Shown here: one piece after another, positions 50,456 through 60,039 of the stretch
Layout of the letters: each line of letters starts with the position of its first letter
Position numbering within the stretch: the stretch's first letter is position 1
Virus record (IMG/VR): IMGVR_UViG_3300026116_000008
DNA: 64,000 nucleotides
Direction: 5' to 3' (one strand)
Source of the DNA: an uncultured virus (IMG/VR IMGVR_UViG_3300026116_000008)
Lineage: Duplodnaviria; Heunggongvirae; Uroviricota; Caudoviricetes
Translations under genes and position numbers: made by a program
Notes under the pieces: model-generated
Seen by the model: only the letters and a program-made list of their open reading frames with translations
Database searches by the model: none
Told to the model about the DNA's origin: nothing

Positions 50456-50965
50456 ATGTCTAAGGTTTACCCAGGAACCATGACGCAAACCGCAGAAATC
50501 GCGGACCGGTTCAAGCCACATCCATTCATCAAGCTGCGCGCGGATCACGGCGACAAAATCGCCAGATGGGTTCTCGACCATGGCCAGCAATTCGAGATTG
50601 GCCCTGAGACCTATAAAGGACGGCGCGGCCGGCAAGGGCTATGCTTCATGAACGCCACGCATCTTGCGTGGGATAATCCCGAGTTGTTTTATGTGGAAGG
50701 CTACGTCTGTATCCATGGCATCTCGATCGAACATGCTTGGGTCTGCGACAAGGACCGAAACATATTCGACCCGACATTGCGCGTTGCGCCCGACAAGTCC
50801 AAGAACCTGCGCAACGACCCGACACGCATCACCGACTATTTCGGCGTGGTGTTTGGCCATGCCTACCTGCGGCGCGCGACACTGGCTAACGGCTACTATG
50901 GCCTGTTCGCCAACGCCAGCACGCGCGCGCTTGTCACCGGCCAAGTGAAGGATTGGCAGCCATGA
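50456..50965 (+). CDS. Transglutaminase-like fold hypothetical protein
   Basis: CFMNA...YVEGY...HAW....D.T (Cys-His-Asp pattern). Confidence 0.55.
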   Translation: MSKVYPGTMTQTAEIADRFKPHPFIKLRADHGDKIARWVLDHGQQFEIGPETYKGRRGRQGLCFMNATHLAWDNPELFYVEGYVCIHGISIEHAWVCDKDRNIFDPTLRVAPDKSKNLRNDPTRITDYFGVVFGHAYLRRATLANGYYGLFANASTRALVTGQVKDWQP

Positions 50966-51323
50966 CCCGCGGAACATTCGATTTCGGCAAGGGGCCGTTC
51001 GCTCGCTTCTGTGTGTTGGTATGCCTGTTCTACATCATATGGAAAGCACGGCGCGAACACTGTGATATCGAGGTACACATAACACCACGAGAGGCGCGTT
51101 AAGAGCCGCGCCCATAAGCGATAATCTCTCGGGCGCCTCAGTGGCGCCCGTTCGCTTTTAACGCATCAGCGGGCTTCTAATGGCTTCGAGATTTTGTAAC
51201 TTTGTTGCGCGAAGGTATTCAAGAACCAAAAACTTTTTACAACTCGCGTATACAAACCAATTGCTCTAATAGCACGTTATATGCTAGTTACGTTTCGTTA
51301 CACATCCAACGGAGCAACCAACC

Positions 51324-51521
51324 ATGAAACTATTCAAGCTCACATTCACACAGCGCGAGATAGCGCTGATCCGTACCGCACTGACGCTGCGGCGTGCGGA
51401 ACTTAGCGAGTTCATAAGAAATCGCGATGAGCTTAAATTATTATCGCCGGCCATGCAGGCGGCTTACGACGAAACCGACGCGCTGCTGAAAGGCAAGCTG
51501 GCGCCAAAGGAGACAGACTAA
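51324..51521 (+). CDS. Small helical early protein
   Basis: AACGGAGCAA leader. Confidence 0.6.
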   Translation: MKLFKLTFTQREIALIRTALTLRRAELSEFIRNRDELKLLSPAMQAAYDETDALLKGKLAPKETD

Positions 51522-51733
51522 TGGCGTCCGAACGCGTCAACACGATAGTCCTCACGGACCGGCAAGTGACGCTTGTCCGCGTCGGGCTGATCCTGCGATT
51601 GCAGCAACTCATGCAGCGTATCAACAACGGCGATACGGACTTGCAGATCATCTATGACGAAACCCGTGCAATGCTGCTCGCGGACGGACCGTTGTCCATC
51701 GACACCATTGCGCGCAACCGCAGGGGAAAGTGA
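51521..51733 (+). CDS. Small helical early protein, likely paralogue of 51324-51521
   Basis: LT.R...L.R..L.LR...YDET.A.L shared pattern. Confidence 0.6.
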   Translation: MASERVNTIVLTDRQVTLVRVGLILRLQQLMQRINNGDTDLQIIYDETRAMLLADGPLSIDTIARNRRGK

Positions 51734-51875
51734 TGCTCCAAATCCTCGCCTATTTCTCCGCGCTGACAACACTCGCAGCGTCAAGCCCGGCCCATGGCAG
51801 CACGTCCGCTTTCTGGATGGCTGCCGTGGCTTTTATCCTTTCGTTCGCACTCATGGTCACAGAGGATCAACGCCA

Positions 51876-52733
51876 ATGAACAACGCATTTCTCGTTCGCC
51901 TGTCCATGACGACATGGACCGCGCGCAAAATGGACAAGGGCGCGACGCGCCAAGCCAAAGACCATGCCGGCGCGACCGACAAGGCCGGCGTGAAGGTCTA
52001 TAAGACCGTGATCGCCGCGGAGGAACTGGACGCCATTCAGTCGATCTGCAACGCCGCACGGATCGAGCACCGCAAGCGCACCGTGCCATGGTCCTATGAC
52101 GGTCCGGGCGCGATCACCGCCGAAGGCTATCCCGCCTATAAGGCCGCAATGACCGGCTACGAGCGGGAGTTTAACCTTGCCGTCGCGCGCTTCAACGAAG
52201 TGTACGCCGCAGAGCGCGAGAAGGCCCGCGAGTATCTGGGCAATCTCTTTGATCCCGCGGACTATCCGGACAGCATGTCGCTCGGCTCGAAGTTCTCTTT
52301 TAGCGTGAGCGCTGAACCCATGCCGGAGGCAAATAATTTCAGGGTTAATCTCCCGCCGGAGATCGTCGCCGAGATCAAAAAAGACATTGTCTTGAATAAC
52401 CAGCAGGCGTTCGAGAACGCGAACAACGCTGCTTGGGCGCGCGTGATCGAGAAAGTGGAGAAACTCAAACTGGCCATGGCGAACTACAAGCCCGGCGAAC
52501 AGAAAGGTAAATTCCACGACACGGTCGTGTCTAATATCGTTGAGCTCGCAGAACTGATCCCGTCGATCAATATTTCCAACGACGAAGACTTGACGCGCAT
52601 GCAGCGCAAGTTACTTTCTCTCACGGCGTACACGGCGCAAGACCTGCGCGAAGACGAGAACCTGCGCGAGGAAGTGGCCAAGGCATGCGGCGCGATCCTT
52701 GCCGATATCACGGTTAAAGCGAGGGCAGCATAG
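51876..52733 (+). CDS. DUF3150-like phage protein
   Basis: L.M..WTARK.D, T.PW, F...DYP, IP..NI..D..L motifs. Confidence 0.6.
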   Translation: MNNAFLVRLSMTTWTARKMDKGATRQAKDHAGATDKAGVKVYKTVIAAEELDAIQSICNAARIEHRKRTVPWSYDGPGAITAEGYPAYKAAMTGYEREFNLAVARFNEVYAAEREKAREYLGNLFDPADYPDSMSLGSKFSFSVSAEPMPEANNFRVNLPPEIVAEIKKDIVLNNQQAFENANNAAWARVIEKVEKLKLAMANYKPGEQKGKFHDTVVSNIVELAELIPSINISNDEDLTRMQRKLLSLTAYTAQDLREDENLREEVAKACGAILADITVKARAA

Positions 52734-52798
52734 GAGGGGAACACATGACAACGTAACTCACGAATACCTAGTTGAACCGATAGTTATTCGTGTGTCTG

Positions 52799-52840
52799 AT
52801 GGAAGCCGAGGAGGGTAAAACCTCTTCGGCTTTTCCATTT
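52799..52840 (+). terminator. Intrinsic terminator-like hairpin
   Basis: GCCGAGGAGG-gtaaaa-CCTCTTCGGC-TTTT. Confidence 0.7.
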
Positions 52841-52867
52841 GACACTAGCACAAAACGTGCTTAGTAT
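52839..52867 (+). promoter_or_regulatory. sigma70 promoter with operator in the spacer
   Basis: TTGACA-N17-TAGTAT; TAGCAC-AAAAC-GTGCTT at 52846-52862. Confidence 0.8.
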
Positions 52868-52896
52868 GGTTGAACACACCTAAAAGAGAAACAACC

Positions 52897-55654
52897 ATGA
52901 CAAAAGCAATCATCGGCGTTGAGCAATTTCCGCGCGTGCAGTTCACAATCGAACTGGCGGAAGGTGAGACGATGCCTAGTCTGATTACGCTGCCGGACAC
53001 TTCGCTGATTGTTTACGCCGGCAAATACGCGTCGCCGGGCGAACGCTATATGTACAAACGCGTTCAATCGCACATGATTTTTAGCGGTCCGGTGCGCGAG
53101 TGGAAAGAACACATCGGCCTTGAAGGCTGAAGGTGGAGCAGCGATGACCGCAATCTATTATGGCGTATACCGCGTAATGCCGAACGGCAAGCACACGTAT
53201 GTGTCCCGTTCGGTCACAAACAACAAAAAACTCGCCGAAGCTATCGCGGACGATCTTTCGCACGGTATCGTCATCCTGCCTACGGGCGCCACGAAGCGTG
53301 TCACACCGCATCCGCACGTATGGTTGGACACATCTAAACGGAAAGGCGCATGAACCATGGCCCCACTGTCTCACGCGATCGACATCGTCAAGGCCGCTGG
53401 CTATAGCGTCTATATGCGCCGCGAAGATTGTACTTGGATGATCTATTCGGACGGCAAGAACATCGGCTATTTGCAGCGAAGTTGGCGCGGTGGCTATGAC
53501 ATTACGACCGTGCACAAACCGAACACGTCGAGCGGTACGAGCTTTAAAGTCCATGAGATGTTGGGCGAAAGCGAGCTTGCCGACAAACTGAAAGACGGAT
53601 TTATACTCGCGCCGCTTTGGGCGCGTGAAAATTCTTCCGTACGTAAATATCGCGATATTGAGGAGTACCTCAACGCGGATGATTTCAACCGTCAATACGT
53701 CAAGGTTTGAACCTGCTACAGAGCGCCCAGATGTACTACACCCTTGAAGGCAAGACGCCCGTGCCGTGCCATGACGTTGCCGCGTGGGCGCGTTGGTTCG
53801 AAGCCACCCGCAAAGGCGACGGGCGCCGTGTTGCTTACGGCAACGTCGGCCCCGGCGTGTCAGTCAGCACGGTTTTCCTTGGCCTCGACCATGCTTTCGG
53901 GAGCGGTCCGCCGCTGCTGTTCGAAACCATGATCTTCGCACCCGATGAAGTGTATTGCGAACGTTGCAGCACATGGGAGCAGGCCGAAGCGCAGCACAAA
54001 AAGGCATATGAGTTTGCCGCGCGTTCGTACGCTGCTGTCCCGGAGGCTTTTCGATGAAACGCAAAATCGCAACACCGGATCAAGCCCGCCAGATTTTGTT
54101 CCGTTGCGGCGCCGACACTGGCGAAGATTTCGCCGCCCTGCCGTCGCGCACTGTTCAGCAATTGCTCGAATGGGCGGACGTTTGTCGGTATCGCGCACCA
54201 AAGAACGCCAATGGTTCGCGGGGCCGTTATTTCTTTGCTTATCTACAACGTCTGGCTAACAGGCATTGACATGAAACACGGTCCTTACCCACGCCGCGGC
54301 ATCATCGAGAAGCGGGCCAAACCGCAGCCAACCGAAGAGAGCATGCCGAAACCAAAAAAGACGGCAGGTCCGCAGCATCTCTATTCGAAGCGATCGGTGC
54401 GCAAGGCGAAATCCCTTGTCACGCTGCCGTCGCTGCCATGGGGGAAGTCATGATGACACCGAAAGCTGTATTGGTCCGCAAGGCGCTTGAAGATTACGAT
54501 TACCGTGAAGCGCTACGGATCATAGACGCAGCGGTTAGCCTTTGCGTTTTAGCAGACACCGCACCAGACAACGCGATCAAAGCCGCCGAAGATTACGTGT
54601 CTGGAATGTCGCATACGACGCCCGAAGAACGAAAGTTTTTGGACGCCGTCATTGCATTGCTTCGTGTAGGGCGCTGACCATGCCGCTTTACACACATGAC
54701 TGCGACAAATGCCGCTTTCTGGGCATCGACGTCCGTCGACACGGTGAGCCGCAATGCAATGGCGTGGACATGTATGTCTGCGAAAGTGTTCTAGGGCGCC
54801 CTCTGTTGCTGCGCCGCTATTCGTCCGAAGGGCCGAACTACGGCTGTCTTGATGTCGAATATATCCATTACGACAACGAGCGTTATGGCCACATGATCCA
54901 GCATGCGAGAGAATTGAAATGGATTTCATGAGCCTGCGGGCGTTCGATTTTGCCACATACTCGATCCTCGCGGTCTGTGGCGTGTCTGTTATCGCAATGG
55001 TGCTGCTATGAGACAAATAGGTCTGGAGCAAGTGAAGTGTTTCGAGGCTGTCGATGGCTGGGGAACAATACTCAGCTATGACGCAATGCCGTCTCCCGTT
55101 CGCGAGCGATTGCGCAATTCACCGTTTAACCTGTGCGCGACTTGCGTGTGCGACGGCGCGTGGAAACGCAGCGACAGAAACTTACCGACACTTAACGCCT
55201 ACATGTCCACAATAGTGGACATGGAAAATCAAATTCGTTGTGAGGAGGTCTGAAATGGACATGGTCGATAAAGTACGTGAAGAACTTCGCGCGCGGCAAA
55301 TCAGACGCCACGCGTTCCTCGCCTGTTTCGTGTTCTGGGCGCTGGTGGCCGTCGTGGTGCGCGCCTATGTCGGATGACAGCAACGGCAAGGCGCCCGAGC
55401 CGAAAACAAGCGCGCACGAGAACCACAACGTCCTCGCGGACGAAATCGTCCGTACGATCACCATCGGCACCGCCAAGGGCGGCGGCAAGTGGCTGGACAT
55501 GCTGGTGCTGCTCGAAACAGTGGTGTTCGGCACTGTCGTGATCGTCCGCGAACTGCAAAAGACAAAAGACGGCGCCACGATCATCGACGCCGTCTGTGCA
55601 GGGGCCAAAAAACGACTTGCAAAATACGACAGGTCAAAGATTATCCGACCATAA
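52897..55654 (+). other. Cluster of about 10 small, tightly packed early hypothetical genes
   Basis: Consecutive coupled + strand ORFs (e.g. 53357-53710, 53707-54057, 54054-54269, 55008-55253); no recognisable families. Confidence 0.6.
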
Positions 55655-55701
55655 GAAGCGCTATGGGGGCCACTCTGCCGAACACAGAACCCCATGACTT
55701 A

Positions 55702-55762
55702 GACGGCGAGAGGTGCGTTCCGCACGGCCCATGAGGGCTCCCACTCTCGCCGTTTTATTTTT
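55702..55762 (+). terminator. Branched terminator-like structure
   Basis: ACGGCGAGAG...CTCTCGCCGT closing two small hairpins, followed by TTTATTTTT. Confidence 0.6.
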
Positions 55763-55772
55763 ATAGCACGTA

Positions 55773-55800
55773 TTGACACACGCACATTGTTTGCTATTCT
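55773..55800 (+). promoter_or_regulatory. sigma70 promoter with operator
   Basis: TTGACA-N16-TATTCT with TG extension; ACGCAC-ATTGT-TTGCTA at 55780-55796. Confidence 0.75.
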
Positions 55801-55824
55801 GAGGCGGCGCAATGGGAGCTACAC

Positions 55825-56115
55825 ATGCGAATTCACCCAATCGACAATCCGAAGTTCGACCCCGGAAACGTCTACGCGACGCCGGCTGTTGTCACGGCAC
55901 TGAGCGAGGACTACGCGCTCTCGTGCCTCACGCTGCACATCACTGGCCAGTGGGGCACGGTTGACGACCAAGACAAGGCCGCCAACGACCGTGCGCTCGT
56001 CAACGGTGGTCGCGTCCTCAGTGTCTACCCGCTGGAGAACGCGCCCGGTGATTTCTGGATCATCACCGAGGCGGATCGTTCGAGCACCACGATGCTCCTG
56101 CCATCTGAATACTGA
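55825..56115 (+). CDS. Conserved plasmid/phage small protein
   Basis: G....TP....H..G.WG....ND.A...G.R..S.Y...WIITEADRS.TT.LLP.EY pattern. Confidence 0.7.
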   Translation: MRIHPIDNPKFDPGNVYATPAVVTALSEDYALSCLTLHITGQWGTVDDQDKAANDRALVNGGRVLSVYPLENAPGDFWIITEADRSSTTMLLPSEY

Positions 56116-56206
56116 GAGGCTCCAAGACGTTTTCACGCCGGGCGGGGTGCAAACCTCTACCCGGCTTGAAGGCGTGCTAACACCCAAAATCAATGGAGCA
56201 AAAAAC

Positions 56207-57169
56207 GTGTCTCATTTCTCTGTACTGGTCATCACTGACCGGGAACCAACCAACTATCTTCTGACCAAAATTCTCCAGCCATGGCACGAGTACGAGTGCA
56301 CCGGCAAAGAAGACCAGTACGTTATCGACGTCGACGTGACCGAGGACTGCGAGAAAACATTCAACAAGCCGCAGAAGGTCGTCCAGCTTGAAGACGGGTC
56401 CATCCACGACTATTACGACGAGCAGTTCTGGAAACCAGAGAACGACGACAAGTTCGCACCGAAGGCGTTCTCCCTGCCGTTCGGCGGGCGACTGATCGAG
56501 GACATGCCGGCGGACGAAGCCCGCAAGCACGGCATCGGCTACAAAGACATGGAAGACTGCGTCGAAAGCGAGTGGGGCGGCTTCATCCGTGACGGACGCT
56601 GCTACCGCAAGACCAACCCCAACAAAAAGTGGGACTGGTGGGTCGTCGGTGGTCGGTGGTCGGGCATGCTTGAGCCCTACGGCGATAGCGTTCGCCTAGG
56701 CGACATGGATATCCCGGCGATGCAGGACGCCGAGGTCGCGGTGAAGCTGCCGGAATACGATGCGTTTCAGGCGATCGTCGCTGGTCGTCCCGCGCCGGAC
56801 TGGGACACGGTCCGCGAAGAAACGGTTGCTGCCGGCGGCACGATCGAGCAGGCCCGCGAGAAATACTGGAACGACCCGGTCATCTTGGACCTGAAGGCGG
56901 CGCCTCTCTTCAAAGAGCGGTGGGATTTGAACCGCGCCGTCAAGCAGATGAACTGCACCCGCGAGAAGTTCATCGAACGCACCCGCAAGCAGACGCTGCA
57001 ATCGTTCGCTGTCGTCAAAGACGGCAAGTGGTACGAGCGCGGCGACATGGGCTGGTGGGGCGTCGTTATCGATGAAAAAGATATCGACACATGGGACGAC
57101 GAGTTCACCAAGATGATCGAGAGCCTGCCGCCCGATACGTGGCTCACGGTCGTTGACTGCCACATCTAA
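56207..57169 (+). CDS. Conserved phage hypothetical protein
   Basis: GTG start after AATGGAGCAA; SHF.VLV, NPN.KWDWW..GGRW.G, VVDCHI. Confidence 0.75.
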   Translation: MSHFSVLVITDREPTNYLLTKILQPWHEYECTGKEDQYVIDVDVTEDCEKTFNKPQKVVQLEDGSIHDYYDEQFWKPENDDKFAPKAFSLPFGGRLIEDMPADEARKHGIGYKDMEDCVESEWGGFIRDGRCYRKTNPNKKWDWWVVGGRWSGMLEPYGDSVRLGDMDIPAMQDAEVAVKLPEYDAFQAIVAGRPAPDWDTVREETVAAGGTIEQAREKYWNDPVILDLKAAPLFKERWDLNRAVKQMNCTREKFIERTRKQTLQSFAVVKDGKWYERGDMGWWGVVIDEKDIDTWDDEFTKMIESLPPDTWLTVVDCHI

Positions 57170-57180
57170 AGAACCCGAAG

Positions 57181-57447
57181 ATGAAAATTCTAGGCATCGG
57201 CGCCATCGTCTATCTGCGATCCGGGTCACCGCGTATGACAGTGACCCGGCTCTATGAAAAGACGGAAGAGACAACGGGCGTCGTGGTCCGCATGGCCGAA
57301 GTGTCCATGATGGTCTACGGCACCCAAGAGGTGGTCCGCGAGTGTTTCCCGGTCGAGGCACTCAGCATCCGCAATTCACCAGAGACCGAGGGCGACGATT
57401 ATGTTGTCCCTTGGAAACGCGAACCCGACAAGGACGACACCAAATGA
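57181..57447 (+). CDS. YodC/DUF2158-like small protein
   Basis: G..V.L.SG.P.MTV...F...AL. Confidence 0.55.
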   Translation: MKILGIGAIVYLRSGSPRMTVTRLYEKTEETTGVVVRMAEVSMMVYGTQEVVRECFPVEALSIRNSPETEGDDYVVPWKREPDKDDTK

Positions 57448-57718
57448 ACGTCGAAGAAAAAGAGAAACAGATGGAGGCTGCCAAGACCAGCGCCTTCAAC
57501 CAGTTCATGGCGCATGCCATGACCCGCATGGGCATGGCGATGATCCCGGCGCCTGATCCGGAACAGAAAGAGGTGTTGCAGCATCTGCTTAAAGCCGCGT
57601 TCGACGCCGGCTGGAACGGTGGTGCCGGGCACATCGCGCTCGACGTCGTCAAGATCATGATGACGAAAAAGGACAGGTAACAGGCTTTGCGCCCCATTGG
57701 GCCTGTTACCTTGAGGGG

Positions 57719-57760
57719 CCCCGCGGCGAGGTTAACTCCTCCCGCGGGGTTTGTCTTTTT
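57719..57760 (+). terminator. Intrinsic terminator
   Basis: CCCCGCGG...CCGCGGGG followed by TTTGTCTTTTT. Confidence 0.7.
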
Positions 57761-57767
57761 AGGTCTT

Positions 57768-57811
57768 TATCACATTTCGTGCTTGACGAATTCCGTTACA
57801 ACTACCATCTT
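57768..57811 (+). promoter_or_regulatory. Operator plus promoter of the HTH gene
   Basis: TATCAC-ATTTC-GTGCTT overlapping TTGACG-N17-CATCTT. Confidence 0.65.
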
Positions 57812-57843
57812 GAGTTCGCTGCATTTTTACCAAGGAAACTAAA

Positions 57844-58089
57844 ATGGCGCGTATGACTGGGGCCCAGTACAAGAAAGCGTTAGCCGTGTTCGGCATGACG
57901 CAGGGCCAAGCGTCGTGGTTGTTCGCCGGCAAGACCAAAACATCGGGCCGGCGATGGGCTGCCGAGGGAGCGCCGTACTATGTCGCTTTGCTTCTGTCCA
58001 TCATGGCCACGTACGATCTGAAGCCTGAAGACATCGAAGCGTTGGGGAAAGAGTGGCGACCTACGGATAAAAAGCGACAGCGGAAATAA
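57844..58089 (+). CDS. Cro/XRE-like HTH protein
   Basis: MT..QY..AL...GMTQ..A..L.....T.RRW....P...A.LL. Confidence 0.7.
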   Translation: MARMTGAQYKKALAVFGMTQGQASWLFAGKTKTSGRRWAAEGAPYYVALLLSIMATYDLKPEDIEALGKEWRPTDKKRQRK

Positions 58090-58563
58090 AACCATGAACA
58101 AAGACCCCACGAGCGAAGACATGATCCTTCTGCGGCTGAAGTACAAGAGCGCGGCGAAGTCGTGCTTTGTCGGCATGCTGCTCAAAGAAGTCTTCTCGTG
58201 GGAGGACGATTTTGGGGAGGTTCTCCCGCATGACGGCTTCGAGATGAAGTTCGTTGCGCTCGAAGGCTACGACCCTGACGACGTCAAGGAAGCATGGCGT
58301 ATTTACCAACAATACAGGACAGAACTCGATGCCCAGAAGTAAAAATTTCTATATCGTCACCGACATGGATTGTAACCCAGCGATGAACGACGCGGGCCAG
58401 AACATGGAATTCACGACTGAAAAGGCCGCGCTGAAGGTCGCCAAAGAGCGTTTGAAAGGCTCTCCCGACGACGAAGTGTTGGTGTGGAAACTTTCCGTTG
58501 TCGTCGGTCGCCCCGACGTGGAGCCTGTCGTCACAAGGTACAAGTAATTTTTTACGAGTTCAC

Positions 58564-58618
58564 GCTGAAGTGTAATAGCTATCAGCCAATGCGGGTTCGA
58601 TCCCCGCCGGGGGCACCA
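58564..58618 (+). pseudogene. tRNA-like 3' remnant (Thr-UGU-like)
   Basis: T arm GCGGG-TTCGATC-CCCGC, acceptor 3' strand CGGGGGC-A-CCA, GCTGA/TCAGC anticodon-like stem; no 5' acceptor strand or D arm. Confidence 0.6.
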
Positions 58619-58636
58619 ACCAATCTTCGAGGCAGC

Positions 58637-58912
58637 ATGAACATCACGGTCTGGAAAACGCCGCTCAAGATAGACCACCTGCAGACGATCGAGGTCCCGG
58701 AAGGCGCAGAGTTTCTCTGCGCTGCCGCCCAAGACGGCACTCCAACACTCTGGTACACATGCAATCCCGCGCACAAACGCGAGTTTCGCACGATCATGAT
58801 GGTCGGCACGGGGCACGTCATGATGGACGAGGGCAAATACATCGGGACCGTCTTCCTCAACAACGGCACGCTCGTCTTCCACATTTTCGAAGTACCAAAA
58901 GAGGAGGAATAA
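58637..58912 (+). CDS. Small phage protein
   Basis: GAGG RBS; VWK.PL....P.GA..L...GTGH...YIGTV....V.H.FE. Confidence 0.6.
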   Translation: MNITVWKTPLKIDHLQTIEVPEGAEFLCAAAQDGTPTLWYTCNPAHKREFRTIMMVGTGHVMMDEGKYIGTVFLNNGTLVFHIFEVPKEEE

Positions 58913-58913
58913 G

Positions 58914-59237
58914 GTGGACCTGACTGAACTGCGCGTCGCCAATATCACTCGCCAACTGGAGTGGGACCCGACCAACCAGATTTCGTTGTCCTATCGCGGC
59001 AACGAACTTGCCGGCGAGGTGGGCGAAGCCTGCAACGTCATCAAGAAAATCGACCGCGAGCGCATGGGTATCCGCGGATCACGCGCCACGCCCGGACAGC
59101 TTGCCGAAGAACTGGCCGATGCGATCATCTGCATCGACCTGATCGCCGCTGCCGAAGGCATCGACTTGTCCACTGCGCTCCGCAACAAGTTCAACGCGAC
59201 GTCGGAAAAGTACGGACTGAAAACCCGGATCGCATAA
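58914..59237 (+). CDS. mazG: MazG-like nucleotide pyrophosphohydrolase
   Basis: LAGEVGE.CN..KK, EELAD, IDL..A...KFN. Confidence 0.85.
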   Translation: MDLTELRVANITRQLEWDPTNQISLSYRGNELAGEVGEACNVIKKIDRERMGIRGSRATPGQLAEELADAIICIDLIAAAEGIDLSTALRNKFNATSEKYGLKTRIA

Positions 59238-59784
59238 AAATGACCGTATGGGCCTGTGGCTGGAGCGAGAAAAACCGACGCTGTATCCGTCTCGCGTGCC
59301 ACACCGCAGGCCCATGCGCAGGCTTCGACGACCACAAACCAAAAAAGGACCAACACCCCATGGCGAACAACGGCACCACCCCCAAGCCACCGAACCCTTT
59401 CCAGCAGGCGATCGACGAATTCAAAGACACCAAAGACGCCTTGGAGCAAACCAAGAACGAACTGCGGCTGACTGTCCTCCAGCGTGACGATCTGGCCAAG
59501 CAACTGGAGGAGATGAACGGTAAATTCGAGGCTTACAAGACCCTCTACGACACGGAAGTAAGGAACCTTCGTGGCGAGCGGGACTTTTTACAAGCCTACG
59601 CCCAGACCCTCCGCACCCGCATGTCCATCATAAACGAGATCGTTCAGGTTGCCATGAACGACGCGGAGATATATGCAACGAAGGTTGTGAGGGGGCAGGA
59701 CGTCGAAACTGACGACGAAGTCGTGCAGTCAATCAAAGATCACTGGGAGCGCGAGAAACGCACCCAGAAGTAGGAGACAGTATC

Positions 59785-60039
59785 ATGTACACGCAGTACA
59801 AAACCCCGAAGCAACTTGCGACTTTGAAGGCCCGCAGTCGCATCCTCTCCGAGGCGCATCGCAAGGGCTACGTGACAAACGAGAAGGCCAAACGGATCGG
59901 CAACTGGGAGCAGGCTTGGTACCACCTGTCTCAAATGGCCGAGGCCGGGCTTCTGAAGCAGGCAGGGTATAACCGATGGATTTGCGCGAAGCCCGGAAAG
60001 CGCTGGTACAAGCAAGCCCGGAAAGTGCTGGAAAACTAA
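59785..60039 (+). CDS. Small basic winged-helix-like protein
   Basis: AGGAG RBS; 84 aa. Confidence 0.55.
   Translation: MYTQYKTPKQLATLKARSRILSEAHRKGYVTNEKAKRIGNWEQAWYHLSQMAEAGLLKQAGYNRWICAKPGKRWYKQARKVLEN

Noticed and set aside
51088..51135. Pistol-like (TTAAGAG / TAAGCG) or minus-strand hammerhead-like (CTGATGC..CGAA) motif
   Set aside because: Required P1/pseudoknot pairing and core nucleotides are not satisfied
58564..58618. Functional tRNA or tmRNA gene
   Set aside because: No complementary 5' acceptor strand or D arm; acceptor end is not tmRNA-like
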